DNA of 64,000 nucleotides from Bacteroidota bacterium (GCA_029564935.1 JAKQPD010000406.1:152-64151), one strand, 5' to 3'; positions 1 to 9,355 are shown, counted from the stretch's first letter. Notes: generated by a model from the sequence alone, not told the origin. Numbers and translations: made by a program.

Positions 1-28
1 ATCTAGTTTTTCAATCACCATAAATTTC

Positions 29-610
29 TTACTGACTTTGATATAAAACTTTATTTGAATACTTTGGAAGAAAGATCGTATCTGGTCTATAATTGATAAT
101 CACTTTATTATCTTCAATAGAAAAATAAATAGCACGTTTTAAAAATAAAAACTTCCCATCTTTAGCAAACAAATTATTACCAATAGAGACACTGTCAACT
201 CCTTTATGTATTTTTAATTTATGATATAAAGATTTTTCAACTTTATCTACAGAAACAAGCTCCTCCAAACCACATTTGATAAAGATTAATTTATCATTGA
301 TTTTGAAATAAGCTATTGGAACTTTTTCATGATTTTCCATTGAATACGAAGGTCCAATCAGATATTCGAATTGATAGGCTCTATTGTATTCCTCTGAATT
401 ATCTGTTATGGATGCAGGTTTCTTTTGAAAACAAGCCAGAATAAAGCTATTAAAATTTGGAAATTGATTTACATAGTCCTTCAAAACTGAATATATACTG
501 TCATTAAATGTAATATTAGCTTCAGTTTTAAATTCAACAATTTTCGATCTATTTCCGCACGAAGCTAAGAATACCACCAAAAGTACCCACGATAGGTTAT
601 TTATTTTCAT
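29..610 (-). CDS. Small lipoprotein; candidate immunity protein for the adjacent Rhs C-terminal toxin
   Basis: 193-aa ORF. The signal peptide ends in a lipobox-like LASC (Cys18). The ORF starts 7 nt after the Rhs stop on the same strand. No catalytic motifs recognised. Confidence 0.55.
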   Translation of the reverse strand: MKINNLSWVLLVVFLASCGNRSKIVEFKTEANITFNDSIYSVLKDYVNQFPNFNSFILACFQKKPASITDNSEEYNRAYQFEYLIGPSYSMENHEKVPIAYFKINDKLIFIKCGLEELVSVDKVEKSLYHKLKIHKGVDSVSIGNNLFAKDGKFLFLKRAIYFSIEDNKVIINYRPDTIFLPKYSNKVLYQSQ

Positions 611-616
611 GGTAAA

Positions 617-1255
617 TCATTTTAATTTTGGAAATTTAGTAGCTAACCAATTTGCGTATCCTTTTGCATTCAGAAACTCATCTTTAGTATTGGGATTATT
701 ATTTATCCAACGATAGGTTTTGATTTTAGGATCATGAAATATTGAACTCACTTTCCCATCCCAGCCAAGTACCGTAACTGGTAGATTCCCCATTGTTTTC
801 GATAGGCCAAGGTCTCCATCCCAATAAAGTGAGGGAGTGGCATCTCTACTTTTATCTTGATGTGTATGAATAAATCCTGTAATTTCAAATTCGTTCTTTT
901 CTTTATCAGAAATTACTCCATTACCTATTGAATAACCATACTCTTGATATTTAGTTTCACCGCTTCCATTAGCATAGTCCGGAAGAACTAAGACACTTTC
1001 ATTATTGAGAGTAAATCCACCAACTTCTTTTTGATCCTTATAATGATCATGAGCTTGGCTCCAAATTCGATTATAGGCTTTTGTTTCATCTGAATAAATT
1101 ATGCTTCCATCTTTTCTAAAATCTTCGATTACCTTTCCTTCTGTATCTTTAAACTGTTTATAAGCAAAAGCATATTTTTGGCCATTTGCAAGTTTTGATT
1201 TTTCATTGATTTTAGGATCATATTGATAAGTCCCATCTTTATCGGTATACCAATC
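617..1255 (-). other. C-terminal toxin module of the Rhs protein (212 aa after the DLFGL boundary); possible JAB/MPN-like metallopeptidase fold
   Basis: Cys-free tail. It contains KEVGGF ... GFIHTHQDKSRDATPSLYWDGD, which resembles the JAMM pattern E...HxH...(T)PS..D with non-canonical spacing. Confidence 0.3.
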
Positions 1256-3955
1256 TAAACCAAATAAATCGATTCTCTTAACAGGATTCCCACCAACATA
1301 ATTATAAGGCGTCCAATCATAATACTTTTCAGCCAAAGGATCTACTACATGCCACCTCCCTATCTGAGCATCATAAAATCTAGCCCCGTAATCATGCCAG
1401 TTCAAACCATTCATGGCAATAAACTCTTTTCCGTTGTACCTGAATGGCAATGCTAAACTGTTACTTGTACTTACCGGATAAAATCGGATACCGGTCGGAT
1501 AATAATGGCTCTTCTCAATTATAGTGCCGCTGTTGTTTATTACAACCCGGTTATTTCCCAGATGATCTTTTATATAATAATAATATGTGCTTCCCTGTAC
1601 ATAGCCTTCGGTTGTCTGAATCTGCATTAAAGTGGAATTCCTGTATATCTTGTTTCCGATATGATCAGTCACAATCCTTATATAGTCTGACGGATTAGCC
1701 GGTATAGGATTTATTACTCCCTGAGGCACCACAATAATACTGTTTAATGTATAACTGACAGCTTTTAACCTTGAACCATCCGAACGATACGAATACCTGT
1801 TCTGATGACCCGCACTGAACTGAATTATCTCCGGTAAATTTAATAAATTATATCTGATAGTACTTATACCTCCATTAGCATCGTAAATGTTGTTCCCATT
1901 CATATCAAATAAATATTCGGTTTCCAGCTCTGCCCTATCATTAAATACTTCTGAACCATACAACAGAACAGGAGAACACTCATCATTTATTTTTTTAAGC
2001 TGATTGCCGGTATAGGAATAGGTAAGATTATTGATCAAACTTCCGTCCTCATAACGTTTTAAAGTGGTAATATTACCCATCTTATCATAGGTTGATTGTT
2101 CGTTATATTTTCCGGTTGATCCTGTAACCGTAGTTAAACCTGTTTTTGCACAGTACTTGGAATAAGTAAGACGATTTAGTGCATCATAAGTAAATGAATA
2201 AGCTCTGTCAAATGAGTTATTTTCAGAAAGGATACTCCATTTAATTCCTGAAATATTACCATTATATGCAGCTGTAAAATCAGGCAATGTAACAGGATTG
2301 GAATTATAGTAAAGGTTCTCGGTAAATTTGTCATTGACGATGTCTGTTACCCAGCCACGGACATTATAATTATAAGTAGTGGTAACAAGATTTCCTCCAA
2401 GGTTTTTTGTGACTAAACGGCCAAGTTCATTATAAGTATTTGTGGAAAGTGTTACATTATTTCCTTCATTGAGCTGATGTTTAGTGGTTAGTAAACGCTG
2501 TGCCTTATCGAAGGTGTAGGTATAAACTTCTTTGTTAGTTGAAGAGGCATTATTTATCCCGTGAGTAATATAGGTCTTTAAAGGCTTGCCGGAAAAATCA
2601 ACAAGATGAAAGATAATATCATAACCTGCCAAATGATTATTTGAACGCATCTGGACTGTTCTTCCATATTTGTCATAATAGACTGAAGTCAGTTCAAACT
2701 TGGAAGAATCATCAAGATGATATGCACAGGTACCTGTCATTAATGATCTCAAATGAGAAATATCAGGCTCAGTATATCCGCTTTGGATTGTTTTTATCAG
2801 ATTGTTTTTAATTGCAGAGTATGCGCTCCGGTTAAGAAAATCATAATTGTCAAAATAATTAACATTCAGTAATGTTGCTGGTACAAGGTTTGAACAGGTA
2901 TAACCTCCGTTTGTGCTCACACCGGAATAACTTTCATTCACAAAGGATCCAGAATATAGAGTCTCCATTTGTGACCTTGTGTTGGAGCTGGTAAGGGAAC
3001 CGCTATATAACAATCTTCCGAATTGATCATATTTGTTTGCTTCCCATTTGTTTTTGATCTTCTGGTTACCATCCTGTGATAATATTAAACGATCGGCTTT
3101 ATCATAAACAAAAGAGATCCAATCTGAGCCCGGAAGTTTTTTCGCGATACAACGTTTACGACCATCATATTGATAGATAAACGCGTACTTATATAGAATA
3201 CTACCTGGTGTTTCCGAGAAACCACTGGTATTGGTACTTAGATTATCAGCTGCAAGAGGCGGCAATACATAACGAAGGTTCCCCAGGTCGTCGTAAACAT
3301 AATAGGTGTCATAATTACCGGCGACCCTGTTAAGCACAATACGGCCCTGCTTGTCTGTATACTCAATAGCGGTTTTGCCATCCTCATCTGTGGTTTGTAC
3401 TCCGTAAAGAGTGGCTGCAGCATAATAACCATTACATTTAAGTTTATCACTTTCAACATAAAAATATTTTACATTCGCATCATTGAGGATGTAAGATTTT
3501 GTTACTTTTTTCGAGCCGGCATACCATACATTCCCGGGACCAGTTCGGCTTACTACACGGTTCAAAGGTGAAGCTTCATACTCAGTCGTGGAATATGGCT
3601 TTGAGTCATTTAAGTTGGAAATAACTGCTTGTGTTGCATAACCCTGATAATATGAGCCATTATTATTCTGAACAACAGCAGGCAGCCAGCTCTTCGACAA
3701 CCGCCCCAGAGCATCGTATTCCACCGCACCAATCAAATCAGCACCTGTTGGAGATATAGCTTTATGTATAGTTTGTGAAAGCCTTCCGATGCCATCATAA
3801 TATTGTATGGTACTGTTTGAATTGGTTTCTGACAGTATAGTTAGGTCATTGATTTCTTGATATGGTATCGTTGTTACTGTGTAATTCTGTGTAGTTGTCT
3901 GGGATAAAAGGCAGACAGGAATAATAATAATAATAATAGAAAATATATGCCTCAT
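617..3955 (-). CDS. Rhs/YD-repeat polymorphic toxin (Bacteroidota DUF6443-like N-terminus, RHS core, variable C-terminal toxin)
   Basis: 1112 aa with an N-terminal signal peptide. Many YD repeats (YDALGRL, YTDKQGR, YVYDDLGNL, YDQFGRL, FTYDALNRL, STYDKMGN, YLFDMNGN). The RHS-core end motif YGARFYDAQIGRWHVVDPLAEKY...GGNPVKRIDLFGL is followed by an unrelated 212-aa tail. Confidence 0.9.
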   Translation of the reverse strand: MRHIFSIIIIIIPVCLLSQTTTQNYTVTTIPYQEINDLTILSETNSNSTIQYYDGIGRLSQTIHKAISPTGADLIGAVEYDALGRLSKSWLPAVVQNNNGSYYQGYATQAVISNLNDSKPYSTTEYEASPLNRVVSRTGPGNVWYAGSKKVTKSYILNDANVKYFYVESDKLKCNGYYAAATLYGVQTTDEDGKTAIEYTDKQGRIVLNRVAGNYDTYYVYDDLGNLRYVLPPLAADNLSTNTSGFSETPGSILYKYAFIYQYDGRKRCIAKKLPGSDWISFVYDKADRLILSQDGNQKIKNKWEANKYDQFGRLLYSGSLTSSNTRSQMETLYSGSFVNESYSGVSTNGGYTCSNLVPATLLNVNYFDNYDFLNRSAYSAIKNNLIKTIQSGYTEPDISHLRSLMTGTCAYHLDDSSKFELTSVYYDKYGRTVQMRSNNHLAGYDIIFHLVDFSGKPLKTYITHGINNASSTNKEVYTYTFDKAQRLLTTKHQLNEGNNVTLSTNTYNELGRLVTKNLGGNLVTTTYNYNVRGWVTDIVNDKFTENLYYNSNPVTLPDFTAAYNGNISGIKWSILSENNSFDRAYSFTYDALNRLTYSKYCAKTGLTTVTGSTGKYNEQSTYDKMGNITTLKRYEDGSLINNLTYSYTGNQLKKINDECSPVLLYGSEVFNDRAELETEYLFDMNGNNIYDANGGISTIRYNLLNLPEIIQFSAGHQNRYSYRSDGSRLKAVSYTLNSIIVVPQGVINPIPANPSDYIRIVTDHIGNKIYRNSTLMQIQTTEGYVQGSTYYYYIKDHLGNNRVVINNSGTIIEKSHYYPTGIRFYPVSTSNSLALPFRYNGKEFIAMNGLNWHDYGARFYDAQIGRWHVVDPLAEKYYDWTPYNYVGGNPVKRIDLFGLDWYTDKDGTYQYDPKINEKSKLANGQKYAFAYKQFKDTEGKVIEDFRKDGSIIYSDETKAYNRIWSQAHDHYKDQKEVGGFTLNNESVLVLPDYANGSGETKYQEYGYSIGNGVISDKEKNEFEITGFIHTHQDKSRDATPSLYWDGDLGLSKTMGNLPVTVLGWDGKVSSIFHDPKIKTYRWINNNPNTKDEFLNAKGYANWLATKFPKLK

Positions 3956-3966
3956 TTTGATTGAAT

Positions 3967-6900
3967 TTAAAGGTTAAAAGTCAATGTACCTGAATCTTCA
4001 CAGTTATATTCCGGCATTTCTTCTCCACAGATCATTCGCCAATAGACATAGCCATATGGCGTAATGGTAACTTCCCATGATCTTCCCATTACAGAATCAA
4101 TATTAAATGTACGTGTCCCTGACGGACAGCAACCTGTACTAATAAAACCTACCAGATAGGTAACTCCAGGTTGCATGACAATCGAATTGCAGAACGTGAA
4201 TGATAAGGAAACTGTTGTTCCATAATTCAAAACAATACTGGAGATGCTTGAGAAACCTTGATTTGCATTAAAGCTGCATGCTGATAAGCAACAAGGGAAA
4301 TTACCGGTATATGATGTTACTTTTTTACCCAGTAAATTATCTGTTATTTCACATTGAATATAATAATTACCTGTCTGTGAACATATAAAATCAAAATTTT
4401 TTGACCCGGAGTTTATAAGGCTAGCAACAACTGCTCCGGAATTGTTTTTTAAATACCAGCTGAAGGTATAATCACCTGATCCTCCCGAAACGGTTACTAC
4501 CGATGAGGATGAACTACACTGTATAACATATGGTGGTTTAGACAGGTATGCATTTAATGGACTGTAACCACCCATTCCGTTATCAGGATAATTCTTGTAA
4601 CCATGTCTGTATCGAGTCAGAATATTCTTATCATCATCACGCACCAGAAATAATCTGCCTGAAACATCGTAAGTATAATAAGTTGTCACACCCTGTGGAT
4701 TTGTATTGGAAGAGATCCCTGTCAGGGGCTTATAAGAATATGTCGAGATCAGGGCTGTTGAAGCAAGAGTATTAAGGCCTGACCATAAGGTTATGCTTGA
4801 ATAGGTTGATGCTTTACGGTCAAGTGAGCTTATTTGTGAATAGCTCGCACCTTGTACCTGTGCCAGTGGGTAGATACCATTGGCATCCCAAAGATATGAA
4901 ACAGGTGTATTATCCCTGCCTGTCATCTGTTGTAAATTTCCTGTAGGACTGTAACTGTCATATGAAATGTCAGGTGATGTCCCGTAATGACTGTCACGAC
5001 TTGATCCGTTAAAATAGGTAAATGATGTCAAAGGAGAAGTAAGCTCCAGAGAATATTTTTTATCAGGAACATAAAAGATGGGACTCGTCCCATTAGCTTT
5101 AAATGTCGTCAGTGTTCCACCGGTAAATTTGTTGTTTTTAATGGTTATCTGTTCAACAGGATAATTAAGCATATTCATTATATTCATAGAAGCATATACA
5201 CCTGTATTGATATCAGAGGGGTATCTGAAGATTGTTTTTAATGAATCGCCCCTGCTATCATAGGTAACGACTGCAGATTTCAGTCTTTTGCTGTTATAAC
5301 GATATTTGGCTGTGGTTGTAATTGACTGGCTGCCATAATAATCTATAGTCTTCTCCTCTTCAAGATAAACGGGGAAGGTATATATACAGTAACTATGAAG
5401 AAGTGAGAAAGACAACTGTGGATTATTAAGATATTGAAGACCTAGTTCAAACGCTAGCCAGGCCATGCGTTGCTCGGCTGTGTTTGTCATGTAAATAGAT
5501 GCAACAAACTGATTGTAACGTCCGGGATTTGATGAATAAGTATACAATACAGATCTTTTCAATATATTTGATGAATCATAAATTTTGATTTCTTTGATCT
5601 GCCCCCGTTCAAGAGCACATGATGAGTTTTTGCCCAATGCACCGATCAGGATATCTCTATATATGTTATCAAAAATTGCCGTATTGCTGGCCCAGCAAGA
5701 ATAATAATTTGTACTCTGGTTGTTTTGTCCATCAGGTTTATTTAATGGTGAATTCATATCATAAACAGTATAACTTTTATCAGAAAGGAACTCAATTACC
5801 CTGGAATAGGTAACCGGAGGTTCTCCTTCTATTGAAAGGAAATTAAGAGCTTCAGCAGCCATACAACAGACTGCCGGAAGCTTATAAATGATTCCGCTAC
5901 TTGGGATGGATGCATTATCAGGATTATTCGGATCAAATGAATTAACATATTTGTATTTACGAACCTGATTCCCAAATGTAATTTTTGCAATTCTCAGACC
6001 ACCTGCTTCTTTAGGTTCTGCAGAATAACTATGATAGTATCCGCCCAGTGTTTGCACGCCCTTATAAGAATATGTATTCGCCTCATATTCAAATAACTCA
6101 GAACCACCTGTCGGATAAATAATTGATGTCAGTATTCCAAGCTTAGAATTTGTTTCGGAAGGTATTTTCTGAGGAAGTGTCAAATATTGATTCAGGTAGG
6201 GATCTCGATAGGTCGGCCCAATACTTCCTGTCATCTCAGATTGTCCGTTATAAAATCCCCAGTAATCACTGCCATAAGCCTGTGGGACATCCGGCAATGA
6301 TCCTGCCGAATTATATCCGAATGAATAACGTTTATCATCTATTCTTAAGGAATCAAGGATATAATACCGATTCCATATTTTTGGAGAATGTTTCAGGATC
6401 ACCTGGCTGACTTTTTGATCAGCAGAATTCCTTAACTCTATTTTGTTAATTAGAAATAATTCATCGGACATTTCGCCTGTTTTATGAGGATAGTTAACAG
6501 AATTAATGACAACTTTACCTCCGTTGAAAGAAATGTTTTCAAGGACTACAGGCGAGGCTGTTGAATATTGGGTCTCAAATTGTGATCTTTTGAAATGGAT
6601 GAATTTGCTGATATTAGTTTTATAATTAAAATCAATCCTTTTCCCATTGGTGAATTCAATTGTAGTTAAATACCATGCAATACATTGATAAGGAACTGTT
6701 TCTGTCCCACCAGCAAGTTCAATTGATCCTTCAGTATAGCCAAATGTAAATTTCGTACCGTCATTTGCAGTCAATTTTAAGTAGAAAGGATTATTACTTA
6801 AATTAGGGAGATTATTATCAAACTTTTCAACCTTTACAATATCCTGGGATTGAATTTTAAAATTCTTATCATAGCCCATTACAAAATAACCCGAATAACT

Positions 6901-7425
6901 CAGGAAGCTGAAAGAAAAAATGTCAGGACTGTATTCATAATTTGAAATAAATCTGACACCAGATCCATTTGGTATAAGAAATGAATTAGCATTATTTCTG
7001 ACAGATTCATTTGAAATATAACCTGATGGAAGGTTGAAAAAGCCCAACAATCGCCCGGTCCCGGGAGTATTAAATTCATCCGGCTCCCCGTTTACCGTTC
7101 GTGTTATCATTCCTCCTGCAGACAGTTTCCAGCCAAATCCCACATTACTGTATGGATTTATGGCACGTAGGCCTTCACCTCCAATATACTTTAATGAAAT
7201 CGGTATGGTTATTTCATTCGTTTTAATTTCAAAAAGTGGTATTGAAATGTCTGCCTGACCGGTATAAAATGATACAGGCCGGAATACCTCCTGTTTGTAA
7301 CTAAATACTTCCGGTGAGGTAAAATTCTGTGCTTCCGATGTTTTTATACATACAAGCATGATAATTATAAGTAAAAGGAAGCTGGAAATTATATTCACTC
7401 CTGAGTGACCTTTACCTGTTTTCAT
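3967..7425 (-). CDS. Large secreted protein with SpvB/TcB-like N-terminal motif, at least one YD-type repeat and a Cys-rich SprB/Ig-like C-terminus
   Basis: 1152 aa with a signal peptide. FYTGQADISIPLFEIKTNEITIPISLKYIGG...GFGWKLSAGGMITRTVNGEPDE matches the SpvB N-terminal pattern (TG..s.SIPl....P.LsL.Y.....G.GW.L....I.R...G.P). YD-like YYTYDVSGRLFLVRDDDKN. VTVSGGSGDYTFSW is SprB-repeat-like. Confidence 0.7.
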   Translation of the reverse strand: MKTGKGHSGVNIISSFLLLIIIMLVCIKTSEAQNFTSPEVFSYKQEVFRPVSFYTGQADISIPLFEIKTNEITIPISLKYIGGEGLRAINPYSNVGFGWKLSAGGMITRTVNGEPDEFNTPGTGRLLGFFNLPSGYISNESVRNNANSFLIPNGSGVRFISNYEYSPDIFSFSFLSYSGYFVMGYDKNFKIQSQDIVKVEKFDNNLPNLSNNPFYLKLTANDGTKFTFGYTEGSIELAGGTETVPYQCIAWYLTTIEFTNGKRIDFNYKTNISKFIHFKRSQFETQYSTASPVVLENISFNGGKVVINSVNYPHKTGEMSDELFLINKIELRNSADQKVSQVILKHSPKIWNRYYILDSLRIDDKRYSFGYNSAGSLPDVPQAYGSDYWGFYNGQSEMTGSIGPTYRDPYLNQYLTLPQKIPSETNSKLGILTSIIYPTGGSELFEYEANTYSYKGVQTLGGYYHSYSAEPKEAGGLRIAKITFGNQVRKYKYVNSFDPNNPDNASIPSSGIIYKLPAVCCMAAEALNFLSIEGEPPVTYSRVIEFLSDKSYTVYDMNSPLNKPDGQNNQSTNYYSCWASNTAIFDNIYRDILIGALGKNSSCALERGQIKEIKIYDSSNILKRSVLYTYSSNPGRYNQFVASIYMTNTAEQRMAWLAFELGLQYLNNPQLSFSLLHSYCIYTFPVYLEEEKTIDYYGSQSITTTAKYRYNSKRLKSAVVTYDSRGDSLKTIFRYPSDINTGVYASMNIMNMLNYPVEQITIKNNKFTGGTLTTFKANGTSPIFYVPDKKYSLELTSPLTSFTYFNGSSRDSHYGTSPDISYDSYSPTGNLQQMTGRDNTPVSYLWDANGIYPLAQVQGASYSQISSLDRKASTYSSITLWSGLNTLASTALISTYSYKPLTGISSNTNPQGVTTYYTYDVSGRLFLVRDDDKNILTRYRHGYKNYPDNGMGGYSPLNAYLSKPPYVIQCSSSSSVVTVSGGSGDYTFSWYLKNNSGAVVASLINSGSKNFDFICSQTGNYYIQCEITDNLLGKKVTSYTGNFPCCLSACSFNANQGFSSISSIVLNYGTTVSLSFTFCNSIVMQPGVTYLVGFISTGCCPSGTRTFNIDSVMGRSWEVTITPYGYVYWRMICGEEMPEYNCEDSGTLTFNL

Positions 7426-7430
7426 GGCGA

Positions 7431-8501
7431 CTATATTTTTACCACCTTAATGGATTTTAACATCTCATTTACAAATACATTGATTATGTAAATGCCCGGA
7501 GGTAATTTATCCATTTCAATTGTATCTGAATATTTACCTGAATTCTTGCCGACATCTGGAATAATACATCTGACCATTCCGTTTCCGTCAATAATCCTGA
7601 AGGAGATGGTCGCATCCTGAGTGAGTTCATACTCAATTATCAGTTTGGAAGTAACGGGATTAGGTTTCAGCTGGCAGTTGGAGAAGAGCTGATCAATATC
7701 CTTTACTTCATCAATAAAATCCTGTTTTACCCAATTTGTTGTATCATCAAGCAGGTGAGCCTGATCTGCAGGAGGATAGAAGAAGGAGGCTACTTTATGT
7801 TCCATCTCTCTCCTTCCGGTTTTTTTTGTTGCTGTTTTTATGGTTTCGAAGACAGGATAGCGGTTTCCGGAAACATACCATGAATAACTCTCCATTTTCA
7901 TTGTCACACTGTCAATACCTGTCTGGAAGTATTCCCTGAGGCTCTTTACTCTCAGTACATTTTTAAAAGTTAATCCCAGCGGAGTGTATAGTGTTCCTGT
8001 GGCATCTGCTGAAACAGTTGTTATTCCGGATACATTAAGCGCAGTCATATGACAGTATTCCCCTCTGCCAGAAAAATCACCACAGATAATATCACCATAT
8101 CGTAAGGGAAACTTCAATCTGATCTCAGGAGGATCATATTTCATAATAGTTGTGCTGTTTTCATAACCTGTATGAATAAGGGAATCTCCGGATATCAGAT
8201 AACTGTAAACAGTTCCGTGCTCGATGCCATTTATCAGGAGCGGATCGGATGATCCTGTCAGGTAATGCAGATAATAATGATCATTTACAGGATTCACAGA
8301 ACGAAAATCCCATATAATATTCGTTCCGGAGATTCCAGGATCAATGTAATCAACCTGTTGCTTGATAAGTGTGTCACCAGGTCGGGGGAGATTGTTAATT
8401 TTCAATATTGTGGTTAAGGACTTTTCCTGAGCATTCAGAAAAGGAGGAAAGTCCAGAATAATCACAATGAAAAAAAAACTAAGAAAGAATGATTTAAACA
8501 T
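7431..8501 (-). CDS. Secreted protein with T9SS type-A C-terminal sorting domain
   Basis: 356 aa with a signal peptide. The C-terminus KPNPVTSKLIIEY...ISFRIIDGNGMV...LPPGIYIINVFVNEMLKSIKVVKI fits the Por/T9SS CTD pattern. Confidence 0.8.
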   Translation of the reverse strand: MFKSFFLSFFFIVIILDFPPFLNAQEKSLTTILKINNLPRPGDTLIKQQVDYIDPGISGTNIIWDFRSVNPVNDHYYLHYLTGSSDPLLINGIEHGTVYSYLISGDSLIHTGYENSTTIMKYDPPEIRLKFPLRYGDIICGDFSGRGEYCHMTALNVSGITTVSADATGTLYTPLGLTFKNVLRVKSLREYFQTGIDSVTMKMESYSWYVSGNRYPVFETIKTATKKTGRREMEHKVASFFYPPADQAHLLDDTTNWVKQDFIDEVKDIDQLFSNCQLKPNPVTSKLIIEYELTQDATISFRIIDGNGMVRCIIPDVGKNSGKYSDTIEMDKLPPGIYIINVFVNEMLKSIKVVKI

Positions 8502-8958
8502 ACGGCAGCAATATTATTCGCAATTAATTTTAATTCTACGTTAATAATGATCAAAGGTCTTTCTCAGGTAAACTGAAATAAAACATAATTAAAATAAATC
8601 TTAGAAATAGGAATATTTCTCCATGCTTTTAAACAAAATGCTTATCAAATTTAAGCATATAAATCATTTTTAAGAATTTTTTTCAAAGAATAATTGTAAA
8701 TGATCAATACTCGGAGTGAGCAAAAGCTTAGAGTGCTTAAAGTCTAAAAACAAGGTGCAATAATCAGTTTTTCCGTAGAAATTAACATTACAAGTCAAGT
8801 TAAATAAAATATCCGGAAAATTTAAAATACTGAGTGCTCCTGAAAACTTTGCTATACTAAGATCTATTTAATGGCACTGTTAAAAAACAAACAAAATATT
8901 TTAATCGTCGAGTGTCAATACCGATTATAAAACAATCTTATTCAATCTATAAATTTTA

Positions 8959-9016
8959 ACTTTAGGCACTTTAGGCACTTTAGGCACTTTAGGCACTTTA
9001 GGCACTTTAGGCACTT
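8959..9016. repeat. Tandem 9-bp repeat (TTTAGGCAC) x6
   Basis: Six perfect head-to-tail copies at 8961-9014, plus partial units on each side. Confidence 0.95.
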
Positions 9017-9033
9017 ATTAGTAACTTTTTTCT

Positions 9034-9041
9034 TATCTTTG
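9034..9041 (+). promoter_or_regulatory. Candidate Bacteroidota -7 promoter box (TATCTTTG, consensus TAnnTTTG)
   Basis: Matches TAnnTTTG. Lies 46 nt upstream of the 9087 start and 18 nt downstream of the 9-mer array. Confidence 0.35.
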
Positions 9042-9086
9042 AAGATATTACCAAACACTATTATTAACTTTTAATCCTATAATATT

Positions 9087-9332
9087 ATGGCTGTAACGAT
9101 CACATTCAATGAGCTCCGGAAGATAAAAGATCAGTTACCCTCCGGAAGTATGCGGAAAATTGCTGACACGCTGGATCTGAACGAAGAAACCGTCAGAAAC
9201 TACTTCGGAGGGAGAAATTTCGACAGGGGCGAAACTATCGGTGTCCATTTTGAACAGGGACCGGGAGGAGGAATTGTCTCATTCGATGACACAACCATCC
9301 TGGATATGGCTAAAAAGATGTTAGCAGACTGA
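9087..9332 (+). CDS. Small (81 aa) putative HTH DNA-binding protein
   Basis: ORF followed by a strong terminator. The segment SMRKIADTLDLNEETVRNYF looks like a helix-turn-helix. No family recognised. Confidence 0.5.
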   Translation: MAVTITFNELRKIKDQLPSGSMRKIADTLDLNEETVRNYFGGRNFDRGETIGVHFEQGPGGGIVSFDDTTILDMAKKMLAD

Positions 9333-9355
9333 AATCAAACAGCTTAACCTGTTTA

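Noticed and set aside
3238-3459. Many 60-210-aa ORFs in the track that lie inside or antisense to large genes. Examples are 3238, 4548, 5619, 6150, 7034, 10686, 12710, 15165, 16404, 16892, 21763, 24274, 27337, 28472, 29969, 32797, 33967, 39096, 40017, 49009, 54646, 56639 and 60444.
   Set aside because: Each is fully overlapped by a longer ORF with clear family motifs on another frame or strand. Their sequences are low-complexity or lack motifs, so I treat them as shadow ORFs.
8638-8658. Inverted repeat ATGCTTA-N7-TAAGCAT in the ORF-free region upstream of the Rhs cassette.
   Set aside because: The arms are only 7 bp in a 585-bp AT-rich region, so a chance occurrence is plausible. There is no second copy or promoter context.
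8959-9016. Possible CRISPR arrays at the tandem-repeat loci (8959, 17909, 42509, 43626, 58125).
   Set aside because: The units are 7-9 bp and directly abut with no spacers. No cas genes are present. They are microsatellite-like arrays, not CRISPR.
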